Assembly (NCBI GenBank): GCA_951406725.2
Contig: OX597829.1
Coordinates: 11,346,001 to 11,410,000 of the forward strand
Length of the DNA stretch: 64,000 bases
From: Octopus vulgaris
Taxonomy: Eukaryota
Direction of reading: 5' to 3'
Shown: positions 1 to 13,411 of the stretch, piece after piece
How the letters are laid out: each line of letters opens with the position of its first letter
Position numbering within the stretch: the stretch's first letter is position 1
Notes under the pieces: model-generated
The model's database searches: none
Seen by the model: only the letters and a program-made list of their open reading frames with translations
What the model was told of the DNA's origin: nothing
Made by a program: the position numbers and the translations under genes

Positions 1-3000
1 ACCATCACAACCACAAACATCATCACAATCACGACACCCAACTTCACAACTACCACCATAACAACCACCACCATCACAACCACCACAATCATCACCATCA
101 CGACGACCACCATCAACATCACAACCACCATCATCACAACCACCACCATCACAACAACCATCATCACGACCACCACCATCACCATCAGAACCACCATCAA
201 CACCATCACAACCACCACAATCAGAACCACCACCATCACAACCACCACCAACACGACCACCACCATCACAACCACCACTATCATCACCATCACAACGACC
301 ATCATCATCATCACAACCACTACAATCACAACCACCACCATCACAACCACCACCATCACGACCACCACCATCATAACCTCCATTATCATCACCATCACAA
401 CCACCATCATCACCATCACAACCACCACCATCACAACCACCACCATCACAACCACCACCATCACAACCACCACCATCACAACCACCAGCATCTCAACCAT
501 CACTAGCCTCACCATCACAACCACCAGTATCACAACCATCACCATCACTATCACAACCACCACTATCCTCACCATCACAACCACCATCATCACAACCACA
601 ACATCCACCATCACAACCACCACAATCACAACCACCACAATCATCACCATCACGACGACCACCATCAACATCACAACCACCATCATCACAACCACCACCA
701 TCACAACATCATCACCATCATCACGATCACCACCATCACCATCAGAACCACCATCAACACCATCACAACCACCACAATCAGAACCACCACCATCACAACC
801 ACCACTAACACCACCATCACAACCACCACTATCATCACCATCAAAACGACCATCATCATCATCACAACCACTACAATCACAACCACCACCATCACAACAA
901 CCACCATCACGACCACCACCATCACAACCACCATTATCATCACCATCACAACCACCATCATCACCATCACAACCACCACCATCACAACCACTACCATCAC
1001 AACCGCCAGGATCTCAACCACCACTAGCCTCACCATCACAACCACCAGTATCACAACCATCACCATCACTATCACAACCACCACTATCCTCACCATCACA
1101 ACCACCATCATCACCACCACCATCATCACCATCACGACCACCACCATCACAAACACCACCATCACAACCAACACCATGTCCATCACAACCACCTCCATCA
1201 CGACTACCACAATCACAACCACCACAATCACCACCATCACAACCACCATCCTCACCATCACAAGCACCACCATCACAACCACCATCATCACCATCACAAC
1301 CACCACTATCCTCACCATCACAACTACCACCATCACTATCACAACCACCACCATCACAACCACCATCATCACCATCACGACCACCACCATCACAACCACA
1401 ACCATCACAAACACCATCATCACTATCACGACCACCAGCATCACAACCACCAACATCACAACCACCATCACCATCACCATCACAACCACGACCATCACAA
1501 CCACCATCATCACCATCACAACCACTACCATCATCACCTTCACCACCACCAACATCACCACCACCACCATCACCACCACCACCATCACACCACCACCATC
1601 ACCATCACAACCACCATCATCACCATCATTACCACCACCACCACAACCACCACCACCACCACCACTACCACTACCATGACCATGACAACAAACATCATCA
1701 CGACCACCACCATCACAACCACCACTTTCCTTTCCATCACAACCACCATCATCACCATCACAACCACCACTATCACAACCACCACCATCACAACTATGAC
1801 CATCACAATCACCACTATCATCACCATCACAACCACCATCATCACCATCACAACCACCACAACCACAACCACCACCATCACAACCACCACTTTCATCACC
1901 ATCCGAACCACCCTTATCATCACCATTACAACCACCACGATCACAACCACCTCCACCACCATCATCACGACCACCATTATCACAACCATCACAATAACCA
2001 CCATCACAACCACCACCATTACAAACACCATCATCACTATCACAAACAACGTCACCATCACCATCACAACCACCACCATCAGCATCACAACCATCATCAT
2101 CACCATCACAACCACCACAATTACAACCACCACCATCACAACCACCACCATGGCCATCACAGCCACCACCATCACGACCACCACTATCATCAGCATCACA
2201 ACCACCATCATCACCTCTATCATCACCATGACAACTACCATCCACATCACTATGACAACGACGACCATCACAACCACCACCACACCATCACAACCACCAC
2301 CATCATCACCATCACGACCACCATCTCAACCACCACCATCACAACCACCACCCTGACTATCACAACCACCATTATCACCCTCACGACCACCACTGTCCTC
2401 ACCATCACAACCACCATTATCACAACCACCACCATCACAACTATCACCATTATACCCGCCACCATCACAACCATCACGACCACAACCATCATAACCACGA
2501 CCGTCATAACAACTATCATCACAAGTACCATCATCACAACCACCACCAACCCCATCACAACCACCACCATTATCACCATCACGACCACAACCTTCACAAC
2601 CACCATCATCACTATCACAACCACGACCATCACAACCTACCCTCTTGACTACCACCAGCATCACAACCACCACCATCACAACTACCAGCATCATAAACCA
2701 CCAGCATCACAACCACCAGCATCACAACCACCAGCATCACAACCACCACTATCATCAGCATCAGAACTACCACCAACACAAGCACCACCATCATCACCAT
2801 CACAACCACCACTATCATCACCATCACGACCACCACCATCATAACAGCCACCATCACTATCTAACCAACACCATCATCACCATCATGACCACCACCATCA
2901 CAACCACCACTATCATCACCATCACAACCACCAGTACCATCACCATCACAACCACCTCCACCACCATCATCACCATCACGACCACCACTATCACAACCAT

Positions 3001-4075
3001 CACAACAACCACCATCACAACTCCCACCATCACAAACACCATCATCACTATCACAATCACCATCACCATCACCATCACGACCACCAACATCACAACCACC
3101 ACCATCACAACCACCACCATCACCACCACCACCACCACCATCACCATCACCATCACAACCCACTATCATCACCATCACGACCACCACCATCATAACAGCC
3201 ACCATCACCATCTAACCACCCCCATCATCACCATCACGACCACCTCCTTCACAACCACCACCATCACAACCACCATAATCACCAACACAACCACCACCAT
3301 CATCACCATCACGACCACCACCATCACAACCACCACCATCACAACCACCAGCATCACAACCATCACCATCATCACCATCACAACCACCACAATCACCACC
3401 ATCACAACCACCAACATCATCTCCATCACAACCACCACCATCACCACCATCATCACATTCACAACTACCACTATCACAACCACCACCATCACTATCACGA
3501 CCAACACCATCACAACCATCATCATCACCATCACGACCACCAACATCACAACCACCAACATCACAACTACCATAATCACAACCCCACTATCATCACCATC
3601 ACAACCACCATCATCACCATCACAACCACCACCATCACAACCACCACTATCATCACCATCACAACCCCCACGATCACAACCACCGCTATCATCACCATCA
3701 CAACCACTACCATTGCAATCACCACCATCACAGCCACCACCATCACAACCACCACCATCAAAACCACCAACATCATTACCATCACAACCACCAGCATCAC
3801 AACCACCAGCATCACAACCATCTGCATCACAACCACCACTATCCTCACCATCACAACCACCACCATAATCACCAACAGAACTGTCACTGTCATCACCACC
3901 ACAACCACAACCACAACCACCACAACAAGCACATCACCACAACCACAGTTACCACCACAACCACCACCACAGTCACCACCACTACAACTAGCTCCCTCAT
4001 CACAACAACTACGACAGGCAATAATTTGTCCACGACTATTACTGCAACCACCACTACCACCGCCACTCTCACCTA
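1..4075. repeat. Low-complexity ACC/ATC/ACA trinucleotide-derived satellite (core unit about ACCACCATCACAACC, 15 bp); runs off the window start
   Basis: Plus strand is almost free of G. The frames read TTTIT, PPPSQ, HHHHN (+) and DGGGC, VVVVM (-), with many frame switches. Confidence 0.95.
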
Positions 4076-4868
4076 GCCCGCTATTACTATCTGATTCTTC
4101 CTTCACAGATTCCTCTAAACTTAGTTAAACACTTGGCTTTTGTTGGGTGGAGTAAAAGTCTCCAAGGATTTCCTTTTTCTCTTTGTCACTCTCGGTCTCA
4201 GCCTACAATCCCTTCTCTGGGAATAAACACTTTACACTTAATCAAGTCATTTGAATATATTCTCAATGGAGTGCATTTCATCCCTTCCTCATTAATACCC
4301 GAAAAACTAGCCATTTTACTCAAATAATATATGTTATACTAGTTTCTCCTCAGAATAACAAACACAAACACAAACAAGTATATCATATTCTTCCTTCTTA
4401 TATTCCAATGACACATTTTTCATATTTAGATTTAAAAGAAAGACAACCTACATATCCCCACCCCCTCAGTAACATATATATAGAAAGAAAATAACACCAG
4501 ATTAGGGTATCCCCAAAGAAAGAAAAATTGAGATGGTTTAAGATATGAAAATTTGAATTCTACAAACAGAAAATAATAATTATTTAGTCATTTATGTTTT
4601 TAAATCTTTATTCACTGATAAGCGGCATTTAAAATTATCATTTGAAAATGATATTTTTAAAAAATTACCCTCAGAAATGCTAGTATTAAATTCATTCCAA
4701 ATACGCATGCATGCATGCAAATACATTCACATACACTCATTAACACATACATAAATACATACATACACACACACAGACACACATATACATACTTAACCAC
4801 ACCATGCACCTACAAGTATATATGTGTATATGTGTGTGTGCGTGTGTGTGTGTGCATGTGCGTGTGTG

Positions 4869-5131
4869 TTGAGACCTTTGGCATTATGTCATGCTTGAGA
4901 AGAAGACCCATCAAGCCAAGCAAAATCGCAGTCGTGGCAGAAACCAGTGTCACGCAAAGGGCACCCGTGCCGGTGGGACTTAAAGGCACCCATTACACTC
5001 TCAGAGTAGTTGGCATCCAGCCATAAAAAACCATGCCGAATCAGACTGGAGTCTGGGGTAGTCTTCCTGCATACCAGCCCTAGTCAATCCGTCTAACCCA
5101 TGCCAGCATAGACAACGGACGTTAAATGATG

Positions 5132-5132
<1 letters not shown>
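4869..5132 (+). mobile_element. SINE/LINE-tail fragment ending in (ATG)n
   Basis: 3' end ...aacccatgccagcatagacaacggacgttaaatgatgat resembles cephalopod SINE tails, recognised from memory and not from a search. Confidence 0.55.
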
Positions 5133-5171
<39 letters not shown>

Positions 5172-5234
5172 GACGCCATGATAGATCGTTAGCTCCTACA
5201 CGCATTTTTTTCTCTCCTTGATTTTTTCTGTGTA

Positions 5235-5272
5235 TCTTTCTGTCGAAGAGCGTAGGCTCGAAACGTAAAAGA
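5235..5272 (+). ncRNA. Minimal type-I hammerhead ribozyme motif, core variant CUGUCGA
   Basis: TCTTT-CTGTCGA-A-GAGC(GTAG)GCTC-GAAA-CG-TA-AAAGA: stem I, stem II and palindromic ACGT stem III. Confidence 0.65.
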
Positions 5273-5305
5273 CTTTTTCTTTTTCTATTCGTGAGCGCTA
5301 TACTA

Positions 5306-6569
5306 CGAGGGGCGTTCAATAAGTAATGCCCCTGACCCACTTCCCATAGCAGTAGAGCAACGAAACTTGGCACAGTTATTAGTCTTTTTCTACATAGGAA
5401 CCACCCAGAGTTACGTATTTCTCCCATCGTTTGATACGGCTCTGGAGACCGTTTTTGTAGAAGAACCCAGCTTGGTCCTCCAACCTCAACGTGACTTCAG
5501 AAATCAAGGCTGCATCATCTGGGAAACGCTTTCCTTTCAAAAACAACTTCATGATTTGGAAGAGGTGAAAATCAGAGGGTGCAAGGTCAGGAAAGTAGGG
5601 GGGATGGGGAGGAGTTCATAGCCATACGCCTGTGCTTCTGATCTGGCGACAAGCGAGTTGTGGAGCGGAGCGTTGTCCTGCAGGAGGAGGATGCCTTTGC
5701 TGATCTTGCCCCGCCTCTTGATTTTGATAACTTCTCTTAATTTCCTCAAAAGTGGAGCATAATAGGCTCCTGCAATTGTGGTACCATGGGCCAGGAAATC
5801 TGTCATCACTACTCCGTCCTGGTCCCAGAAGACTGTGAGCATGACCTTGCCAGCGGAGGGCTGCATCCTTGCCTTCTTTGGATGGGGTGAGTCACGGTGC
5901 TTCCACTGCATTGACTGGACTTTGGTCTCTGGATCCTCGTGATGGACCCAGGTTTCATCCTGTGTAATCAGTCTTTTGAAAAATTTTGACTCATCTTCTT
6001 GGCACATCTCCAAATTCACCCTCGAGCACTCGACGCGTTCTTGCTTCTGGAAAGGCGTGAGCAACCTGGGAATCCATCTGACAGACACCTTTTGCATATG
6101 CAAATGGTCATGAATGATAGTTTCCACAGACCCGGTACTAATCTTGACCTCATGGGCTATTTGTCGAATAATTATGCGTCGATCTTCCAAAATGGCAGCC
6201 TCAACTTGACGGACAGATGCCTCATCAATGGCAGAAGGGGGCGACCAGATCTAGGAGCTGTTTCCACAGAGTTTCGACCATGTTTGAATTCACGATGCCA
6301 GCGTTTTACAAGGTCATATGATGGGGCATCATAAGTCTCCCGTTGTGTGCGTCCTTTCAAATACAAAAACCGGATCACTGCTCGATACTTAACAGGCTCC
6401 ATTTCACACTTGACTCAGTTCAAACACCTGTAAATCAGAAACCACAATTAATTCAGAGCTGTAATTTGCCACTTACTCTATAGAGATATAAATGATTGCA
6501 CATGCAAAATTTCAGCTAGATCAAACAACTGCAAGTGGGTCAGAGGCATTACTTATTGAACGTCCCTCG
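5306..6569 (-). mobile_element. Full-length mariner element with frameshifted transposase (about 6402 to 5350)
   Basis: TIRs CGAGGGGCGTTCAATAAGTAATGCCCCTGACCCACTT and near-perfect inverse, TA duplication on both sides; motifs WIPRLL, ITQDETW, LLQDNAP. Confidence 0.95.
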
Positions 6570-6644
6570 TAATACATTTGTTTGTTTGTACTCCACCTGC
6601 CTTCGTCTTTTGTTTATTTTCGTAAACTTTCCCGTTATATATAT

Positions 6645-7140
6645 ATAAAGTTAATCCAAACATGACAATACAAAGAGAAAACACAACAATGCGAGGACGT
6701 GGAACAAGTATAGTATTATTATACGCTCCGGAAAGAAGGAAAGAAGGAGAGTTTAACTTTTCGAGCGGAGCTCTTCGTCAGAAACATCGGAATAGGAAAG
6801 ATCCAAAGAAGGGAAGACGGAGGGAAAAAATCGCCAACGGTACACACGCCGTCACATTTTGAATGACCGGAAGGAAATGGTGAAGAAAAAGTTCTTTCAA
6901 AGACAGGAGAGTGTAAGAGGAGGTATGTGTAAGTGTGGATATGTGCGTGTGTGTGTATGTGTGTATGTGTGCAATGATAACACGTGTGTGTGTGTGTGTG
7001 TGTGTGTGTGACTGTTAATCTATGTGTGTGGTAGGGCTTAGTATTGTTTAAGGTCAAGGAAGAATGAATTAGGAGTGGCTCTTGTGTCTACCCATGTGGA
7101 AGAATGGTCAGTGAAAGGTACTGGTAGTTTGAAGTATGTG
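6645..7140 (-). mobile_element. Penelope-like pLTR fragment
   Basis: Contains a minimal hammerhead motif of the same design as 5235 and 34205; boundaries approximate. Confidence 0.55.
6751..6785 (-). ncRNA. Minimal type-I hammerhead motif (canonical core, stem III mutated)
   Basis: Minus strand GTTT-CTGACGA-A-GAGC(TCC)GCTC-GAAA-AG-TT-AAAC. Confidence 0.65.
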
Positions 7141-7190
7141 TGTGTGTGTGTGCCTGTATGTATATGTATTGTGCGTGTGTTTTGTTTGTA

Positions 7191-7221
<31 letters not shown>

Positions 7222-7249
7222 TATATATATAATAGTTCATCCAGTGCTG

Positions 7250-7900
7250 TCATGACGACAAGCAACGAGCCTTCTCCAAACATCCTGATTGCTCGCTTAC
7301 CTCTTAATTCCACTCAGGTCGATTTATTTTCTTCTCATATCGTCCTGAGTTACCCTGCTCCACTTCTTCTTTGATCTTTCACTCAATCTTTTTCCACCTC
7401 CTGGCATCCACTCAATCACGATGATAGTATGCCTCTCCTGCGGTAATTGAATCACATAGCCAGCAAACGGTATTCGCCGCTTAGTCACCACGTCTTCCAA
7501 AACTCCCCCACCCAACTCATTGGACGTATGCAGAGTCGATGGAACACATTCGACAATGGAAAGATCTTCACTGTATTCTTCCAGATTTCGCAAGTGTGGA
7601 TGAGTGTTGATATAACAATAGATGAATATATCTGCGGCTTTATCTTCTTCCTAATGATGTTTGATCTCCATATTGGACGAAGATTTTGAAATACTAACGT
7701 TACTTCACCCATCTTAGTATTGACTTCAACTTCTGCATCTTCCTCTTTGGAAATACAGCTTCCAAGATGTGTAAACTGATCGACGTACTCGGTTTCATCT
7801 CCGAGATTTACAAGTTGTGTTTGGTCTTTCCAGTGGTAATCTGCAACCCTTATTTTGCCTTCAAACTATATAAGTTATCTATCATGGTCTACAGCGTATC
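7250..7900 (-). pseudogene. RTE-clade LINE 3' RT fragment, decayed
   Basis: Peptides VDQFTHLGS, FQNLRPIWRS..KIKPQIYSSIVISTLIHTCEIWK and RRIPFAGYVIQLPQER resemble the RTE RT C-terminal region. Confidence 0.75.
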
Positions 7901-7924
7901 TCTGTCTGAGCTGGTAACGCCAAG

Positions 7925-8310
7925 TGGTCTCCAGGCATGGCTGTGTGGTATGAAGCTTGCTTTCCAGCCATAAGTTTCCAGGTTAAGTCTCACTGCATGG
8001 CACCTTGGGTAAGTGTGTTCTTTTATAGCATCGGGCTTTCCAAATTCTTATGAGTGAATCTGGTTGTCGGAAATTGAAAGAAGCCCGTCGAATGTGTGTG
8101 TGTGGGTGTGTCTTTGTGCCTGGATTTGTACCCCACCCCACTCCACTGGATAACAATTGGTATTGGTGCTTACGTCCCTGAAACAGTGGTTTCACAAAAG
8201 AAATCACAACCGCAAGTACTAAGGTTGTAGTTTTATTCGACTAAGATTCTTCTAAGCGGTGCTGCAGCATGGCCATTCTTATGACTGAAACTAGTAAACG
8301 ATAAAAGGGA
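7925..8310 (+). mobile_element. tRNA-derived SINE copy
   Basis: Head ggcatggctgtgtggt...ggttaagtc..ctgcatggcaccttggg with A/B-box-like segments; related copies at 9443, 19072, 24045(-) and 40830. Confidence 0.65.
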
Positions 8311-8344
8311 CATACATACATATATACATACATGCATTTTTTAA

Positions 8345-8600
8345 TTGTTACTTGTTTTTCAATTATTTGGCTGTGGTCATGCTGGAGCACCTCCTTAGAG
8401 GGCCTTTAGTTGAACAAGTCGACCCTCGGACTTATTTTTTCAAAGCAAGTACTTATTCTATCGATCTGTTTTGCTGAGCCGCTAGTAAAAAAGGGGACGT
8501 AAGCACACCAACAGTCCAGAGAACAGAAAATGCCATTATATATGGCCTTCATTGTCAAGCGGTGATGGGAGACAAACACAAACACAAAGACACACATACA
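8345..8600 (-). mobile_element. SINE 3' part (reverse orientation)
   Basis: Reverse complement resembles the SINE tail at 25940-26140 and 8160-8310. Confidence 0.55.
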
Positions 8601-8611
8601 TAGATACACAC

Positions 8612-8647
<36 letters not shown>

Positions 8648-8701
8648 GTTTAAATATTTGTTGTGCAAGATTTTTTATGTGAAGTCGTGTGTTGAAACAG
8701 G

Positions 8702-8872
8702 TATTGTTATATTTCGGAATGGTCATATTGCCAGGAGTGTGACGAAAGAACTTTGGCCGAAATAAGATTGAGATTAATGTAAAAAATAAATATCACTGAA
8801 GCAAAATAACACCAAATATATAGTGCGTGTGTTTTTATTGGCTAAACTGGCAATATGACCATTCCGAAATAT

Positions 8873-8879
<7 letters not shown>
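8702..8879. repeat. Perfect 33-bp inverted repeat (8702-8734 / 8847-8879)
   Basis: TATTGTTATATTTCGGAATGGTCATATTGCCAG and its exact reverse complement. Confidence 0.9.
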
Positions 8880-8909
<30 letters not shown>

Positions 8910-8921
<12 letters not shown>

Positions 8922-9125
8922 TGAGAATGTGTGTCTGGTTGTCTGTCTGTGTGTTTTCCTAAAACTTGAGAACTACTAAACCAATTTCATTCAAATTTTA
9001 CACATGCCTTACTTAGAGTCCGGGAAGGGTCATGTTTAACTTCTTGCCTAGGGCGAGCCCACAGCAATATCATATCTTCACTATTTCAGTCTTACGTGTT
9101 AAAAGTGAAAGAAAATCATCTCTCT
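8910..9125 (+). mobile_element. Helitron-family 5' terminal segment
   Basis: tatataaaactgagaatgtg...cctaaaacttgagaactac...aatttcattcaaattttacac also occurs at 22345-22506(-) and, in part, at 22995(+), where it is linked to a CTAG 3' end. Confidence 0.65.
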
Positions 9126-9138
9126 ATTGTATGTATAT

Positions 9139-9194
<56 letters not shown>

Positions 9195-9442
9195 ATATAT
9201 GGATGTATATATATATATATATATTTATATACATGTATATATATATATATAGCTGTATATGTATACATGTATATGTATAGCTGTATTTGTATAGTTGTAT
9301 TTCTATAGATATACATGTATGTGTATACATGTATGTCTAGATGTGTAATATGTACACATATATACACATATATATATGCATACATATATACACCCATACA
9401 CACATACACACCCACCCACACGTACACACACACACATACATA

Positions 9443-9770
9443 GGTGCAGGTGTGGCTGTGTGGTAACAAACTTGGTTCCAAAACACATGGTCCTCAGCTC
9501 AGTCCCACTGAGTGGTAACTTGGCATGTGTCTTCTGCTATAGCCTGAAACCAACCAAAGCCTTGCCAGTGGATTTTGTAGACAGAAACTGAAAGAAATCA
9601 ATTGTATATATATGTACGTATATATGTAAGTCTATGTGTGTGTCTTTGTGTTTCTCCCTCATCACTGCCTCACAACTGGTGTTCGTTTATTTACTTTCCC
9701 GTAACTTACTTGTTTCACAAGAAGAAAGTGATAGGATAAGTACCAGGCTTATCAAAATATAAAAAAGCAC
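9443..9770 (+). mobile_element. tRNA-derived SINE copy
   Basis: ggtgcaggtgtggctgtgtggt head; segments recur at 16385-16640 and 19072-19205. Confidence 0.65.
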
Positions 9771-9837
9771 TACACAGTGTCTCAAATTTTGTTTGCCCAC
9801 TCAGTTGTATCTATCAATTTATCTTTGTGTGTATACA

Positions 9838-9918
<81 letters not shown>

Positions 9919-9919
9919 G

Positions 9920-9968
<49 letters not shown>

Positions 9969-9970
<2 letters not shown>

Positions 9971-10198
9971 TGACGTATTTTTTCCATTTCAATATGGCTA
10001 CCCCTAAGGGTGGATGCTACTGTAGTTTTTAGCCCCAGGAGGACACACTCCTCCAGCTGGTCATAGACACACTTTCTGTGCCCTGTCAGTATTTGCAAAG
10101 GGAAGTCATCCTTCCCGTCTTCAACTTATGATACACACGGACTCGAGTTTCGAGGTATTGACCTCTCGTCAGCGTGTGACAATCATAGTTGTCGGCGA
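9969..10198 (-). mobile_element. Penelope-like pLTR fragment with intact hammerhead
   Basis: Homologous to 24975-25180 (aatatggct...tgtag.ttttagccccaggag...cctccagctgg...gtatttgcaaaggga). Confidence 0.7.
10134..10178 (-). ncRNA. Type-I hammerhead ribozyme, fully canonical
   Basis: Minus strand CACACG-CTGACGA-GAGG(TCAATA)CCTC-GAAA-CTCGAG-TC-CGTGTG: 6-bp stem I, 4-bp stem II, palindromic stem III, GUC site. Confidence 0.92.
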
Positions 10199-10453
10199 AT
10201 TTCTTTATTACGATTATAAAATCATTACATAGAAGGACAATACAGGACATACATACAAAAAACAGTTAAGTGGTTCGATTAAAAATTTTCCATAACATTT
10301 GGATTATTCATTATACAAAATTTGTATTTAAATTGTCCTTTGCATGACCAATAGAACATTACAACATTACATTAACTTGCGATCTTACCGATATTTTAAA
10401 CCCCGGCAACTTATAAGGCCCCGCAGCTTTTCTTTCCTCTCCTCCATCCATAG

Positions 10454-13384
10454 TTAAGCTGGGTTTCTGACACCCACCTTTTTTGCCACTTCCTTCCATC
10501 TTTTTTCATACACACCTCGTGGTAAGATCTTCTTTTCCAGCCCCATTTTGCTCTTCAGATGATATCTGAAGTAAGTGAGCAAGCCGGGGCCTGAGACAAA
10601 GGATCCTATTGCGACTCCTTCCATTCTTGTACGCCACATGCATTCTTTTACTACTGCAACCGTGCAGTGAAAACATGCCTCACCTTCCTTCGAGAGTCCA
10701 GTTGGCGGTATCATCTTAATCATAGACTCAGCCGACAGCTGTACTCGTCCCAGATGCGATAACACGTGTTCTGCGTAACTTATCAAGTCTGACAACTTCC
10801 GACAGTGTACAAAAGCGTGCTGGACGGTTTCATCGTCCAACCCGCATCTTGGACACGTCGGTGGCACTGAAATTCCGTGCCGCGATAACTTCTCGCGAAC
10901 AGGTAAAGCATTCCTATAACACTGCCAGGCCAGGGATCTTTGGAAATTATCCAAATACCCCGTCCTGAAAGTCTTTTTAAACAGGTTGGTAAGCTGGTCT
11001 TCGTCAAACCCCAGAGCCCCTCCTAGGACGTCGTCGTTCTTTGCCTCTACCAGCCTGCTATAAAATACCGAGGTGGTATTTCCGCAGCCGGCCTTGCCTG
11101 CCTTGTGGATCAGCGTGAGTCCCTGTCGGCACTCCTTTTGCCATAAAGTCAGATTCCGTCTTTTGATGCGACGGGGTTTAAAATTCACTAAGGAAGCCGG
11201 TCTCGGGAAAAATTCCCCTGCCAGCGGACTCCACACCTTATCACCCTCCAGGTGGTGCCAGAGATGCATCAGCCTCAACGCATGTCTGCGCATCATCAAC
11301 CAAGGCATTCCTAACCCACGCTTTAACGGTTCCTGGCAGCAAACGGAGCGCCTCACAAGTGGCTTTCCTCCCTTCCACAAAAAGCGGAAAAGGATTCGCT
11401 CCAACTTGCTAAGCCATGAATCGGGGCAAGGGACAACGGTCAGGCGGTAAGTGATTACAGATGCAATGAACATCTGTACCACCTCCGCCCTTCCTTTCAA
11501 GGACAGAAACCTTCCGGACCAGGTCCGTACTATGGCCTCCACCTTGCCCGTCACCTCACTCCAATTCCTCTCCGTTTGGGAGTCTGACCCGAACCAAACT
11601 CCTAGCAACTTAACAGGACCATCCGTCCAGTGTCCCACGACACTGGACGATATCGACTTGCTCCTCCAGGTGCCGAGGCGCAAGCCAACCGACTTGTCCT
11701 TGTTAACCCTTGCTCCTGCCACCGCCTCGTATCCTCTGATAGCCTCTTCTACACAAGGTAGCTGGGCCTCATTGGACACGATGAGGGTGACGTCATCCGC
11801 ATAAGCAGTAACCGTCCTCCCACCTCCGATCTCATCCGGGTTACTTCCCAGCCTCTCCAACTTTCGCAGCAATGGCTCGAGAGCCAACACGTACAAAAGT
11901 GGTGACAAGGGGCACCCTTGACGAACTGAACATTCGATCGAAAACGGTTCCGTTAGGTAACCGTTTATCTGGACGGTGGACTTGATGCCGCTATACATAG
12001 CGGAGATCCACCCGCGAAATTCAGGGCCCAGTCCAGCCGCTTCGAGGACCGTCGCCAGGTACTTATGGTCTACCCTATCGAACGCTTTACTTTGGTCTAA
12101 ATGGACCATTACCCCGCCCTTGCCGGTTAATTTACCCACCCTATCTAAGGTGTAGCGTATAAGGTGAAGATTGTCCTGGATCGACCTGCCTGGAATTGCA
12201 CATGTCTGTGCTTTCCCTACAAGTTTCTCCACGACAATCGTCAACCTTTTTGCCAACACCTTGCCCAAAATCTTTAACTCTACATTAAGTAGAGTTATGG
12301 GCCTGTAATTACTAATGTTATCCCCCTTGCTCGGGTCTTTCTGGATTAGCGTCACCACTCCCCGGCTTACAGAACTGGGGATTCTCCCATTCTGCTGCCA
12401 GTTCGTGTAGACGCCTGCCAATATTCCCCCGAACAAGTCCGGCATACTTTGGTAAAACTCGTAGGGCAGACCATCCAACCCCGGCGACTTCTCCCCGGCG
12501 CATCTGGCCAGTATCCCCTCTATCTCCGCGGGAGTGATCGCTTCTTCACAGTGCCACCATCTATTGTTAATGATGGTGCCACACAATGCCCTCTGTACTA
12601 ACACCTTAATCCGGGTACGGAAGTCTTCACAATTCAAAATAGACTTGTTCAGCTTCCAGTACCCGGGTCCCCTGTCTATGGCACTTATCTAATTGCACCC
12701 TACAAGTCACAAATTTGTGATCCGTGTAAGGCACAATGTGAAACTGTGGACAACTAAACGTATCCTTATCTCTTTTCCTAACGAATATCCTATCTATATA
12801 CGATCTGTGTGAGCCGTCGTTGTTACTCCACGTCCACTGTGGAACGCTCGGCTCATCCAGTCGATAACGGTCCACTAGATCAAAGCTCTCTAGTAGACCC
12901 TTCAGGCTAGGGTTCCCCTTCCTATTGGTTGAGCCAACACTGTCGACCCGCGCTTCAAGGACAGTGTTAAAGTCCCCTACTAAGACTACCGTTTTCGACG
13001 TCGCTAAAAAGGGTTCCAGATTCCGAAAAAACCCGCCTGCCTACACTCATTCGGAGCGTAGACAGCTACCAACCTGAAGGACTGTTTACTTACTTGGGTC
13101 ACATCCAGAACGACCAGCCTGCCTTCTGGGTCCAGAAAGACAGTACTTACCTGCAAGTCCAAGCTCTTCCTGATAAGGACTGCCACGCCTCTTCCTCTTC
13201 CTCGGCTAGGAGAAATAAATTTCTCGAAACCATTTAGAAGAGGCGAGAACGCTTGGGCCCCGTTCATCTTGGACTCGGTTACAATAGCTACGTCCACTCC
13301 GTGTGTCGTGAGGTCGTTCAGGAAACAAATTTGTTTCCATTTCGACCCAATTCCACGCACATTTACACAACACAGTTTTGCCAT
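10454..13384 (-). pseudogene. Tx1-A ORF2: apurinic endonuclease, reverse transcriptase and C-terminal CCHC; frameshifts and internal deletion
   Basis: CVNVRG, VTESK, VYAPN, SYIDRIF, YTDH; YRPITLLN, LDQSKAFDRV, QGCPLSP, AYADD; CPRC...H...C. Confidence 0.93.
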
Positions 13385-13411
13385 TGTCGGAGAGAGAAAA
13401 AATAAACAAAC

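Larger units (their letters stand above)
5169..6636 (+). mobile_element. Solo Penelope-like pLTR (5169-5305 plus 6572-6636) split by a mariner insertion
   Basis: The two halves joined match the reverse complement of 34107-34325, the 3' end of a GIY-YIG-bearing element. A hammerhead motif lies in the first half. Confidence 0.8.

Noticed and set aside
701-4106. Long Gly/Cys/Asp-, Thr- or Val-rich ORFs (mucin- or metallothionein-like)
   Set aside because: All frames are open because the repeat lacks stops; frames switch repeatedly and no splice or signal evidence is visible.
9032-10098. YIYI, HTHT, CVCV and YLSI ORFs here and throughout the window
   Set aside because: Translations of (TA)n, (CA)n and (GATA)n microsatellites.
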